Assembly (NCBI GenBank): GCA_002269645.1
Contig: NIVC01002514.1
Coordinates: 62,001 to 126,000, forward strand
Source of the DNA: Macrostomum lignano
Taxonomy: Eukaryota
DNA length: 64,000 nt
Direction of reading: 5' to 3'
Part shown: positions 45,886 through 58,719 of the stretch, one piece after another
Numbering within the stretch: the first letter of the stretch is position 1
How the letters are laid out: each line of letters opens with the position of its first letter
Position numbers and translations under genes: made by a program
Notes under the pieces: model-generated
Databases searched by the model: none
What the model saw: only the letters and a program-made list of their open reading frames with translations
What the model was told of the DNA's origin: nothing

Positions 45886-48325
45886 TTACTTTCTTCGATT
45901 ATTAAAGGGTCCACCGCCGCCGCCACCGCCGCGCCAACTACCCCGGTAGTGCTGCCGAGACGGTTGAAAACCAGCCGATGGCATGGGAGGCCCGCCGCCG
46001 CCTCGATAAATAGCAGTAGAAGCCGCGTGCTGCTGCTGCTGCTGCTGTCGCTGAGCCGGCTGAACTCCCACCGTTCCAATGGCGGGTATGGGAGGACCGC
46101 CGGCTTCGCCTCCTCCGTTGCCGCCTATAGAAAAAGTTTGTGACATTATAGAAGACTAATAAAATAAGTCCAAATGAAAAACGTTTCAAAAAAATGAAAC
46201 AATACAAATGGCAACAAATTCTGATGCAATATAAACCAATACCGTTGAATCCTCGGTGACCCGACCAGTAATGACCTAGCAATCCGATAGATTTATTAAA
46301 AATCGCAGATAATTTTTAATTACTTCATTACTTACAGTTAGACAATTCGAATCATATTTCATATCAAAGTAAAATTTCCTTCCACATTAACTATACAATT
46401 AATCGTGCACTTGAATAGCCTTAGAAATAGATTCTTTTTAAAGTACATTAGATCCTGAACTTAAAAGTATCTTAAACTGTCAGGGGAAGGAGGTGGAATG
46501 TAGTAGAATGTCAGGGTAGGCAGTTGAGTGTCAGGGTAGGCAGTTGAGTGTCAGGGTAGGCAGTGGAGTGTCAGGGGAGGATTGGAGGAAGTGGAGTGTC
46601 AGGGGAGGCAGTGGAGTGTCAGGGTAGGCAGTGGAGTGTCAGGGGAGGCAGTGGAGTGTCAGGGGAGGCAGTAAAGTGTCAGAGGAGGCAGTAAAGTGTC
46701 AGAGGAGGCAGTAAAGTGTCAGGGGAGGCAGTGGAGTGTCAGGGGAGGCAGTGGAGTGTCAGGGTAGGCAGTGGAGTGTCAGGGGAGGCAGTGGAGTGTC
46801 AGGGGAGGCAGTGGAGTGTCAGAGAAGGTAGTGGAGTGTCAGAGAAGGCAGTGGAGTGTCAGAGAAGGCAGTGGAGTGTCAGAGAAGGCAGTGGTGTCAG
46901 AGAAGGCAGTGGAGTGTCAGGGGAGGCAGTGGAGTGTCAGGGAGGCAGTAAAGTGTCAGGGAGGCAGTGAAGTGTCAGAGGAGCCAGTGAAGTGTCAGAG
47001 GAGGCAGTGGAGTGTCAGGGGAGGCAGTGGAGTGTCAGGGAAGGCAGTGGAGTGTCAGAGGAGGCAGTGGAGTGTCAGGGGAGGCAGTGGAGTGTCAGGG
47101 GAGGCAGTGGAGTGTCAGGGAAGGCAGTGGAGTGTCAGGGAAGGCAGTGAAGTGTCAGGACTTTTGGATTATTTTGAGTCTGCACTTGCTCAGAATACTT
47201 GTCTCAAAGCACTGAATTTGCGCAGTTAATCTGTCCTTATCGACATTATCACCCCACCGCAGCTCTCGGTAGCCAATCTGCAGCAGTTCAGAGAAGAAGT
47301 CAGTCAGTTTTGTTGCAAAAGCTGATAACAGCACAATAACATAACTGGCATAGAAGCGTCGCCCTTGCTGTTACTATGGTTACGCCCATGAGCGGCGAAA
47401 AACTTTCTTTACTCAGTATCTTAGTATCCTTGGTCGCATGGCTGCTACAAGGGGGCCGTAGCCAATGCTCTGATGTTCCAGCGGCCCAGGCTCGATTCCA
47501 AGTGCAGTCACATTAATTTGGGGCTGAATTGGAATCTCGGCTTGGCTCTGCTCGTGCAATTAACGGCCTTAAGAGCCAACCCCCCAAGGCGCAGTGAAGT
47601 GTACATGCCTAACGATAAATAAAGTTAGGGCCGCTGTGCACTCCTGTGTGAGTGTGTGCCTGTGCGTATGACTGCGTACGTATCCGCGCGCTTGTGTGCC
47701 TGCTCAGGGGAGTCGGCGGAATGGGCAGCAATGCCTCTCGCCGGTTGTGTGACAATGTCGATTAAAGTGCGCCAGGGTGCACGCAGCCACCCAGCCTCTA
47801 ACTAACTAAAGAACCACATTCACAGTATCTACCTGCCAGTGTTGACAACAGCCGCCATTGCTGGGGCGGCAGCTGCTGGGGTGGCGGCTGCTGCGACTGC
47901 TGGGTCGGCTGTGGGCCCCAGGTAAAGACAGGGAACGCCTGCGGACTGCCGCGCAGCCTTAGCTCCTCAGGACCGGCCGGCAAGATGGCCAGCGGGATGA
48001 GCAGGTCGGGCAGGCCGGCAGCTCGTAGCACCACTGGCTGGTAGGCGGCCGATGGAGCCGGGGATGCTGGGGCATCGGCGCTAGGCATCGTTGATGATGA
48101 AGCAGAGCCGAGGCTGGACTGGCGCATGTAGAGAATGGCCGGGCCGCCAGTGGGACCGCTCTCTGCCGGGGCCAGCTGGGGCCGCGACTGCTGGTCGATT
48201 TGGACCTGGTCGGGAGGCAGGGCAGCGCTGGGTTGGATGGGGTGACTGATAAAAGAGGATTTGGTAGAACGAATAATAGAACGGACAATGACAGGGGATA
48301 GCAAACAGAAAATTACCGGCTAGAC

Positions 48326-48406
<81 letters not shown>

Positions 48407-48431
48407 GACAGACAGACAGACAGAGACAGAC

Positions 48432-48464
<33 letters not shown>

Positions 48465-51400
48465 GACAGACAGACAGACAGACACAGCAGGCCGGTCCGA
48501 ACCTGCTCCCGCTGGAAGTCCTTCATAGGCGTCCTGATGCCGTCCATCCGGTTGGCCTGCCGCATCTCGTGGCCGCAGTCCCTGGCTAAGTGGCCGATCT
48601 TGCCGCACCGCTTGCAGCCGCGGTCTTTCGGCACGTCGCCGGGGCAGAGGCTGGACGAAAAAAGGAACTCCTTCATCGCCCGATCGGGCAGGGGCTCGGC
48701 AGGCGGGGTGCACCAGCGCTTCAATGCGTTGAAAAATGTGGTCAGAATGAACCAGGCCATCTTCTTGGTCATGCCGCTAGCTAGATTGTGGCTCAATTCG
48801 AACGGATCCTCGATAGCCAGAGGCGTAGACCAGAGCTTCTCTAGCCTTAGCAACGGCCCGCTCCGTCGGATAGTGACAACTCGCGAGCGCCAATCGAACT
48901 CTAGATAATAGCGCAGGAATCCTAGCCAGAGCTCGCCTATGCTTTTGTCGGACCTGGGCCGCCAGCGTTGCGCAATCTCGGCTCGGTCGTCCTGGAACCA
49001 GGCGTTCCAGCCGTCAATCTGACGCTGCGGTGCCGGCCTCTCCGGCCAGCCATCGTACAGCTCTTGCAGGCAGGGCACCAGGCCCTCGGACTGCAAGTAG
49101 TGCAGAGTGAGAATCACGTACGTGTAGGAGGACAGGCTGCCGCGGCTGGCGTCACCGATGCCGCAGGATTTGGCGAACACCTGGCCAGAAAGGTGCAAGA
49201 GTTACTGTAGATTAGGAGTGAAGGATCAGAGAGTGAGAGACATGTGAACAATCCATGAGTATATTTGTTTGTAAGTATATAAGCATAGGAGAACGAAGGA
49301 CGAAAACAAAAGTTAAGGACCGGAAGTGACATATTGAAAGTGACGGATCGGAAAGGAGTGCACATGACGGGAGTTACAGTGACAGACAGGGAGTGACAAT
49401 GACAGCCGGGGAGTGACAGTGACAGACAGGAAGAGAGTGACAGTGACAGACAGGAAAGGAGTGACAGTGACAGACAGGAAAGGAGTGACAGTGACAGACA
49501 GGAAAGGAGTGACAGTGACAGACAGGAAAGGAGTGACAGTGACAGACCGGAAGGGAGTGACAGTGACAGACAGGAAGGGAGTGACAGTGACAGACAGGGA
49601 GTGACAGTGACAGACAGGGAGTAACAGTGACAGACAGGAAGGGAGTGACAGTGACAGACAGGAAGGGAGTGACAGTGACAGACAGGAAGGGAGTAACAGT
49701 GACAGACAGGGAGTGACAGTGACAGACAGGGAGTAACAGTGACAGACAGGGAGTAACAGTGACAGACAGGAAGGGAGTGACAGTGACAGACAGGAAGGGA
49801 GTGACAGTGACAGACAGGAAAGGAGTGACAGTGACAGACCGGAAGGGAGTGACAGTGACAGACAGGAAGGGGATGACAGTGACAGACAGGGAGTGACAGT
49901 GACAGACAGGGAGTAACAGTGACAGACAGGAAGGGAGTGACAGTGACAGACAGGAAGGGAGTAACAGTGACAGACAGGGAGTGACAGTGACAGACAGGGA
50001 GTAACAGTGACAGACAGGGAGTAACAGTGACAGACAGGAAGGGAGTGACAGTGACAGACAGGAAGGGAGTGACAGTGACAGACAGGGAGTGACAGTGACA
50101 GACAGGAAGGGAGTGACAGTGACAGACAGGGAGTGACAGTGACAGACAGGGAGTGACAGTGACAGACAGGGAGTGACAGTGACAGACAGGGAGTGACAGT
50201 GACAGACAGGGAGTGACAGTGACAGACAGGAAAAGAGTGACAGTGGCAGACTAAGAGTGACAGACTAAAAGGGAGTGACACATCGGATATGATGGATCAG
50301 AAAGGAGTGACAGATGAGAGTAAAACATTGACAAGAGAGGAGTGAGTTAGTGGCAAACCAGAATGAGCTGACAAACAGGTCTTAAAGAAATGAGCACTTA
50401 CCTTAACAATGTAGCCCAGATCTCGCACCCGCCTATCCAGCATAGCATAGGTGCGCAGCATTTTAGTGTTCGCCGATGCCAGCCTATTGTACAAGCTGAC
50501 GTCGCCTTCGCAATCAAATTTACGATGCCGAAATTTCACAATCGGCACCTTGGCCTGAGTGATTGGCAGGACATTGTAAAACTGCCTACTAGGCGCGCCT
50601 TTGAGAATTTTGGCCACTTTAGTAATTAAACTGGCCACAGGTGTCCGGAGTTGGGACATGTCCGGACAGCTATCGAATGTCAGACACATATCCAGATCGC
50701 TGTCCCGAAATCCGAATCCGTTACAACAGGAGCCGAAAAAGTCCAGCTGAGCATCGGGAAAGTGCACCCTTAGCAGGGCGAGAATTTCGTCTTTAACTTC
50801 GGCTCGTTTCTTAATATCCTGATCTCGTTCTTCGAAATCGCCCGGCACGGTGACCAATAGCTTGGTGAGATTGGCCAGGTGATGAGGCGGACAGGGCCCG
50901 GGCAGCTGGCTAGGCGACACTGCGAACTCGTACTCTTTACAGGCGTCTTTCAAGTGTCCAGCTTTGCCGCAGCTGACGCACTGCAGCTGAGGCGGTGGCG
51001 CCCGGACTAAGCAGCGTTTGTCCAAGGTGTAACGCAGGCTCGACTTGGCGACGCCTTCTACTGAGGCGCGGTTATAGTAGTCCGGCTCTGTTGAGTCCTG
51101 AGGTGGGCGGAGTGCGAGATGGGAGGCTTAGGAAACAAACACACAATGCAGTTCGGGTCCTTTGACACCCAAGAAAACCATGGAAGGATTCCGTCATTGA
51201 CCCAGAAAAGGACCATGGAAGGATTCTAGCAATGACCCATATGAGGACCCTGGTAGGATTCCAGCAATGACCCATATAGGGACCCTGGAAGGGCTCCTAC
51301 AAAGACCCAGAAGTGGACCATGGAAGGGTTTCATCATTGACGCAGAAAAAGAGGACCATGTAAGGGTTCCAGCAATGACCCATAAGAGGGACCATGGATC

Positions 51401-54400
51401 CAGTAATGACCCAGGAGAGGACAATGGAATGGTTCCAGCAAAGACCAAGAAGAGGACGGAAGGGTTCTAACAAAGACCCAGAAGACCATGGAAGGGTTCC
51501 AACCATGACCCAGAAGAGGACCATGGAAGGGTTCCAGCAAAGACCCAGAAGAGGACCGTGGAAGGGCTCCAGGAAAGAGGTAGAAGATCGTAGAAGGTAT
51601 ACTATAACAAAGTGAACCTAGATTCTGAAAAAGCAGAGTCCACACTCCAAATACTTATGTAAACTATTGCTCACCAAGACACCACCTTCGGCAGCCAATT
51701 CTTCATCAATCTCAGTATCCTCCAGCTCATCAGTCGGATCAACAGACTCTTCGCCTTCAACATCGTCAACATTATCGCCGTCGTCTTGAAAGTCGTCTTC
51801 CTCCATAGGGACATCGTCAACGATGGACAAATTAACGGCGTCAAGATCGTTGCCAACAACGGCAGCAGCGGCGTCAGGAATTTTATCGACGCTAGCCGAC
51901 ACCGAGTTCAAACAGTCGGCAACTAGATTGTCGACAATCTGACGGGCAAACTCTTCAATAGAAACTGGCGCCGTTAATTGCAACGGAGGAGGCACTGGCA
52001 AGGCCAGTTCGCTGTCGTTAACAGAGACGGTAGCGGTGTTGGTTGTGGTAGTCCGGCGACGCCTGCGCATCAACAGTCGTTGCTGACGCCGACGACGCGC
52101 CGAACGGACAGCGACGCGAACTATAGCGGCTAATTGAGCCGGCGTAGCGTTTGAATTGTCGCGGGCAAGATGCCGGCGCACAATGGCGGAGTACAGGCGC
52201 TGCACCAGCCAGCGATGAAAGTCAACAGTCGGCTGCGGATTGGACTTGGCAGCATCGCCAGTTGACGCAGTTGCACCTACGGCCAGATCCGGTTCGGTCA
52301 GATCCAGACTCGAACACGTCACTTTATCGTTAGGCGAGAAGACTTTACTAAGAGCAGCGTTGACAATGTCTATGGTAGAAACGACACCGTCAGCTGGTAT
52401 TGGCACGCTATCGACAAGCTCTCTAGCTGCCAGACTAACATCGCCAAGATCAAACAGTGGAGTTATCTTCAATTTCTGAGTCTTTACCGAGGCGCTGCTA
52501 CTGCAGCTGGTCTTCAATTTAAAATGCTGGTAGAGAGGTCCAGTGGCTAGCTGGGGCACCGCATAGTAGCGGTAAGCGGAACGAATCTGCATAAGAATAT
52601 AGTCTAGCAATTCGTTGGTTGCAACACCTCTGGCCATATTCATTCTAGCCCGAAATGGATCCTCAATATTAATTCGTTTCGGCGTCCAATCTTTAGCCGA
52701 GCATAGCACCGGCTCCGATTTGGTGATGCAAACAACGGAATCCTGCTGAGGCACGGAATAATAACGCAGCAAATCAATCCACAATCGACCAAATTTAGCC
52801 GGACTACTATCGGCATCAGCCGGCTGCCAATACTTGGCTAAACAGTCCAGTCCGGCGTTGAAATACTTCAATTGACCGTCGTCAAAGTTTACAGTAGTAA
52901 AACAATCGCTCGGCGCTTCAGCGATTTCGTTCAATACGGGCAGCAAGCCGACCCGTTGCAGATAGTGCACCACCATCAGGTAGTAGGCGTGCGGCGGCAG
53001 AGTGCCTCTATCCGGTGCATCAGCCTTGGCCAAGTTGGCTACAGAGCGCAGCGCTGAGCACAATCGTCGGCAACGATTGTCAAGTTTAACGTAAGCGCCA
53101 ATTAGATTAGACGTGTGAACCCGATGACCGGTGTTAACGCTGAATTGGTAAGATACACCTGACGAATCTTTGCACAATATTGACGGTGAAAGATTTTCAG
53201 CCTGTGATGTGACCTCGGCGAATAGTTTAGTAGCAGCGGATGCGTCTTCACCATTGCCAGTTGTGGCTGTGGTCAGGGCGGCAAGGCAGCGATCAAATGC
53301 ATTATTAAACTCGGCGTCAATGCGTTTATTTTCCGAAGCGACGGCCGAGGCGTCCACTAATGTTAAACTAAGATTGACGTCGCTGTTATTAGTTGCTAGG
53401 CTATAAGCCAGGCTGCCATAGAGGCGAGCATAACTACCTGAGCCCCCAGAGCTAATGCATTCGATGGCTCGGTTGGCTATTGAGAGACGGCGTTCAACTT
53501 CATCGCTATTCAGCATCAGAGAGTTGGTGTGCTCAACTAAATGCTCACCGACGCCCTCCGCGTGAGACTGAGTCGGAGACGGAGCAGCAGCAACAAAGCG
53601 TTGCAGAGCCTGCGGGTGAAATGCGACGGGATAATTAGAGCGAAAGCATGAGCTATGGGATAATATATCAATTTATTGGAATTGGGAATTCCAGATTTAG
53701 GTGTCGCAATTTTAATTTATAGGATTAGAATAAATATAGGACAGGGAATTATGTAAAGGATTGGCATTTTTATTTATAGGATTGGGATTTCTGTTCATAG
53801 GATTGGGACTTCTGTATATATGATGGGGATTTCTGTTTATAGGGTTGAGATTTCTGTTTATAGGGTTGGGATTTCTGTTTATAGGATAGGGATTTCTGTT
53901 CATAGGATTGGGATTTCTGTCTATAGGATGGGGATTTTATTCTATCGGATCGGGATTTCAGGATCGGGATCGGGATTGTCTATAGGATTGGGATTTCTGT
54001 TTATAGGATTGGGACTTCTGTCTATAGGATTGAAATTTCGGTTTATAAGATTGGGACTTCTGTTTATAGGATTGGGATTTCTGTTTATAGGATTGAAATT
54101 TTGGTTTATAGGATTGGGATTTCTGTTTATAGGATTGAAGTTTCTGTTTATAGGATTGGGATTTCTGTTTATAGGATTGGGATTTCTGTTTATAGGATTG
54201 AAATCTCGGTTTAAAGGATTGGGATTTCTGTTTATAGGATTGAAGTTTCTGTTTATAGGATTGGGATTTCTGTTTATAGGATTGGGATTTGTATATGGGA
54301 TTGAAATTTCTGTTTATAGGATTGGGACTACTGTCTATAGGATAGGGATTTTATTTTATTGGAATGGGATTTCATTATATGGGATTCGGATTTCTGTTTA

Positions 54401-55033
54401 TAGGATTGAGATCTCCATCTATACGATTGGGATTTTATTCTATGGGATTGGGATTGGTATCAATGGCGGTACAAAATATAGGAATTCCATCTACGGAAGG
54501 GGAAATGCAAAAACATTTAATCCATAGCAGCTAACCTGAATCTCAAACTTCAGTCGATGCCTATTAGAGTCAACGTGATCCCAAGCCCTGGCCAGGCTGT
54601 CAATGTGCAGAGCGCACAGTCGGCAATGATACAACGCTCGGGGAAATTTTGTCGCCTGCTTCATTAATGGCAAAACGCCTTGAGCTTCCAATCTGTCCAG
54701 CTGCTCGTCCCCAGGCTGAGCCGGATCTAGCGGCGCCCGAGGATTAGTGGGCGTATTAATGACCGGCTGCGCAGCGATAGGCTTACAGACCATGAGCTCG
54801 CCATTGTGCGGATCGGGTCGAACTGTGGACCCGTCTGTGGCTAGCCGCTTCGGCTTCTGATTGCTCGGAGCCGGATCTGCCGATTTCTGCTTTGGTGCTT
54901 CTGGAAGTTTTGTTCCTTTCTGCTTCTGCGGCTGCTGCTGCTGTTGCTGCTGCTTATTCTGCTTGTTCTTCTTCTTGGATTTTTTAGAAGGTGCCTCGCC
55001 AAGGTTGGGAATATCAGCTGAATTGCTGGCCAT
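45886..55033 (-). CDS. TUT4/TUT7: Terminal uridylyltransferase of the TUT4/TUT7 (ZCCHC11/ZCCHC6) type, ~1470 aa, 6 coding exons
   Basis: Exons 55033-54536, 53609-51675, 51097-50402, 49180-48503, 48205-47833, 46124-45886 (phases 0,0,0,0,1). Domains in order: matrin-type C2H2 (CRLC...HVDSNRH); degenerate NTase (YGSLAY...SDVNL); PAP-assoc (IEDPF); CCHC ([14 protein letters not shown]); active NTase ([16 protein letters not shown]...DVS); PAP-assoc ([11 protein letters not shown]); CCHC ([14 protein letters not shown]). The start codon and exon-5 acceptor are less certain. Confidence 0.92.
46500..47160. repeat. Intronic 20-bp minisatellite (ggagtgtcaggggaggcagt)
   Basis: TUT intron 5. Confidence 0.93.
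48320..48487. repeat. (AGAC)n microsatellite
   Basis: TUT intron 4. Confidence 0.95.
49370..50285. repeat. Intronic 20/24-bp minisatellite (gacagtgacagacagg[aagg]gagt)
   Basis: TUT intron 3. Confidence 0.95.
51150..51590. repeat. Intronic degenerate ~35-bp repeat (gaccatggaagggttccagcaatgacccagaagag)
   Basis: TUT intron 2. Confidence 0.8.
53720..54450. repeat. Intronic 21-bp minisatellite (ataggattgggatttctgttt)
   Basis: TUT intron 1. Confidence 0.92.
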
Positions 55034-55379
55034 TGCGCTGCTTCTTCTTCTAGGCCCGGCGGAAGAAATCGAAGCAGATTCTGGCTCAATTTCGTGTGCC
55101 GTTTGCTGGCCTAGCAACAGAATTCAATTCTGACGAGCTTTGGACTTTAATAAACTGTATTTTATTTTGAAACCTGCTAACAGAAATTGAGACTGGCAAT
55201 ATTGCTTCTTTTGTGAGCGCTGCAATAGTCGGGAATAAGACAAATTAAGGCTTTAAATTATCCAGCCACAAATGATTAATTTTATCAAATAACAAGGAAA
55301 TCTATCTTATTTCCAAAGTACTAACAATAGGATCTACTGACTATTTATACAGTTTAACTCTCCTATGGAGTTAAGAGTC

Positions 55380-55990
55380 TACCTTTTTACTCCACCTCCA
55401 ATTGTGTCTACGTCTCCCACTCTACCTTCACTATAGTTTACTTCTCTCACTCTATCTTCAATATAGTCTACTTCTCCAACTCTAGCTTCAATATAGTCTA
55501 CTTCTCCAAATCTACCTACAATATAGTCTACTTCTCCAAATCTACCTTCAATATAGTCTACTTCTCCCACTCTACCTTTACTATAGTCTACTTCTCCGTT
55601 CTCCCACTCTACCTTCAAAAGTCTACTTCTCCATTCTCCCACTCTACTTCAATATAGTCTGCTTCTCCCACTTTACCTTCAATATAGTCTACCTCTCCCA
55701 ATCTACATTCAATACAGAGTCCAACTCACCCACTCTACCTTCAATATAGTCTACCTCTCTTATTCTACCTTTAATATGGAGTCCACCTCTCCCCCTTTAC
55801 CTAAATAATAGTCTACCTCCTCCCAACGTACACTCAAGAGTCTACCTCTCCTACTCTACATTCAATACAATCTATTAAACTCACGTAACCTTTAATTGAG
55901 TCTACCTATCTCATTCAACCAGTAAGAGCCTACCTCTTCCACTCTACCTTCAATAAGTCTATCTTATCTACTCTGTGCATTCCATACAGT
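55380..55990. repeat. ~30-bp degenerate minisatellite (tctaccttcaatatagtctacttctcccac)
   Basis: Between the N6AMT1 stop and the TUT first exon. Confidence 0.88.
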
Positions 55991-56126
55991 TCACACCATC
56001 TTTTTAAAAAAACAACACACAGATTCAACAACTTTCAAATTCAACAATGCTACGAATAGAAACAACTGTATTTAAATGCAACATACATAAAAATCGCCCA
56101 GTTTTTTCAAGAATAACGGAAACACA

Positions 56127-57406
56127 CTAAAAAACCCTAAACTCTGATTCTTCAACTCCGCCTCGTTCAAAGCGCCACACAGACAGATTCTCGCCGGCGC
56201 AATGCCGCTCTACAACCAGCATGGATTTGAAGCCTCGACAGCGCATCTCCAAGGCCACCTCCTCTGGCCGGTTCTCGCGCAGCATCAGCAGGTAAAATGC
56301 CGACAGCTGCGGCGTCGGTCGAAGCAGCCGCTCCGCCTCAGTCAGCAGCCGGTCAATCACTCGACGACCTTCGAGTCCACCTGCCCAGGCAGCGGCGATG
56401 CCCGGAGTGCCGACTTCATCGTCTGGCGTGGGCACGTAGGGCGGATTTGCCAGGACCAGGTCAGCACAGCTGGGATGGCGTGAGATGGGATAACTGTATG
56501 GACATTTGAAATTACAATAATACTGTCTTTATAATAATAGTACTAATACCTTATAATAGTATTTTATAACAGTATAATAATACTTTATGGTCTTTATATA
56601 ATAATACAATAATAGGTCTTTCGACTATCGGCCCAGCAACTGACGATCTGGGAGGCGGGTCCAGCAACTGAGTATCTGGGAGGCTGGCCCAGCAACTGAC
56701 ACTCTGGGAGGCTGGCCCAGCAACTGAGGATCTGGGAGGCTGGCCCAGCAACTGACGATCTGGGAGGCGGGTCCAGCAACTGAGTATCTGGGAGGCTGGC
56801 CCAGCAACTGACACTCTGGGAGGCTGGCCCAGCAACTGAAGATCTGGGAGGCTGGCCCAGCCACTGAGGATCTGGGAGGCTGGCCCAGCAACTGAGTATC
56901 TGGGAGGCTGGCCCAGCAACTGAGTATCTGGGAGGCTGGCCCAGCAACTGACACTCTGGGAGGCTGGCCCAGCAACTGAGGATGCTGTAAACTTTTAGAC
57001 TAAGCCGAGCTTAGGCGTCTGAAGAGAAAACTCACACATCTATAATTAGTGGAAACGGAACTCACCCAGAACGAAGACAGCCAGCAAGATCAGAGGCCAC
57101 AGGCATCAGCTGACAGCAGGTGACTGCAGTACACAGTGCGGCAGCTGGGTTCAGATCAGTGCACAGGCAAGCGCAGGAACTACCGCTAACACCACTGCTG
57201 TCGCTAAGGACATGCTGAACCAAGTGGGCACTGATCACACCGCTACCGCATCCAATTTCAACAGACACGCTAGGCTTGAGCTTCTGTCTCAGATAATCAG
57301 CCTGAGAGTCCAGACAGTCAAGGAACAGAAAGCTGTCCTCGCTGGCTGGATAGACTGTAGTGAAATCACCCTTTCCAGCATGATTAGTGTCTGGTGTGCG
57401 CTTCAT
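56127..57406 (-). CDS. N6AMT1: HemK2/N6AMT1 methyltransferase (eRF1 glutamine methyltransferase catalytic subunit), 227 aa, 2 exons
   Basis: Exons 57406-57066 and 56469-56127 (phase 2). Motifs VYPASEDSFLFLD, VEIGCGSG, TDLNP, DLVLANPPYVPT, AWAGGLEGRRVIDRLL. Confidence 0.95.
56630..56985 (-). repeat. Intronic 28-bp minisatellite, same family as 3144-3650
   Basis: Reverse complement of gctgggccagcctcccagatcctcagtt with more variants. Confidence 0.93.
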
Positions 57407-58719
57407 CAAGGTTAAATAATAAATTTCTTATTGTTACCAACCATTTAATTTTGCATCAACCAGGCCAACGCATAGGAACAGTGTACATAAGTGAAGATGA
57501 GAAATTCAAAAAAGGCTGCTATACACCTAAGGACTACTTAAGTAGGACAGGAACTGTTTCTTGGAAAATGTTAAGGAGGCTGGTTTTCACTGTAAGATAC
57601 ACTAGAGACAGAAGCTTTTCACTTCTTCAGCTTAAAAATCTTTTCATTTGGTTCATTTTGAAATCTTTTATTCAAAAAGCCTTGCTACTAGTTGTGATGA
57701 TGGGACAAATGTTGCAAAAAGCATTTTACAAAAAAATACCTAAAAAACCTCTTGCACTATGTTAATTTTTAAGGTTAACATTACTTTAGTAGCAGATACT
57801 ATGTACTAAATGCATTTTTCGCATCAGAATCACAGTGTGCCAATTTGGAAACTAGGGTACTAATTGCCATAACTCAAAAAGTAACAAAATCAAAAAACAT
57901 TTCTACACTAACTTTACAGTGCTAAAAATTTATGATGCTAAAAGTTTCAGTACAGACTCATTGTTTATACCTAATGGAGCAAATCCAAAAAACTCATAAC
58001 CAGTCAAGTAAACAAACAAGTAAAAATTGCTATCACCTTCAAGAATCTACAAAGCTGGCAAGATAAGCCAATGGAAAAGGTAAATTAGCACTAATATTGT
58101 ATCTGGTAGACTTTTATATTTTAGGCAACATCTATAGCCTAAACAAGATTTTGGTTTATTGACAAGATAACTATGCCAATAACCATGTGGAAACCTGGTA
58201 AAGAAGCTATAATAAAAGGGTAATAGCCAGTTTCCCTTGCTTGTCTTAATTCTGTAGACTTTTAAATTGATTGTAAAATAAGGATAAAGTCAAAGATATT
58301 AAATATAAGTACAATCTAGCTCTTGTAGTTAAGGCTAATGGACTTCAAGACTAAGACTAGCAGTCAAGGTTTGCTAAATAAAGTAAAATCAAAAATTTTA
58401 TAAGTAGTAGATTACAAATATAGATAAGCATATAGCTTGTATATCCCTATATGGCCCCTTTGTATATGTATAAACAAATATATTTGACCAATATATATTT
58501 AAAATGATTATACTCATAAAGCCTATGAATATAACATTGACAATAGAGTTAGCAAGGGAAATATCTAACTAAGTGATTCTTATTTATTTATTTTTCTATT
58601 TTACCTATTGCAGCTAAGTTCTAAACCATGCTAGATGTCTCCTTTGTCATTTAATGCTAGACTATACTAGCATACTAGACTAGACCCATACCACATTTTG
58701 GCTTTTTATTAAGATTGTG

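Noticed and set aside
48081-48245. Upstream acceptor (ttttatcag, ~48246) for TUT exon 5
   Set aside because: In phase 0 it gives a short frame ending at 48081; the acceptor at 48205 keeps the Q/P-rich frame and links in phase to the last exon
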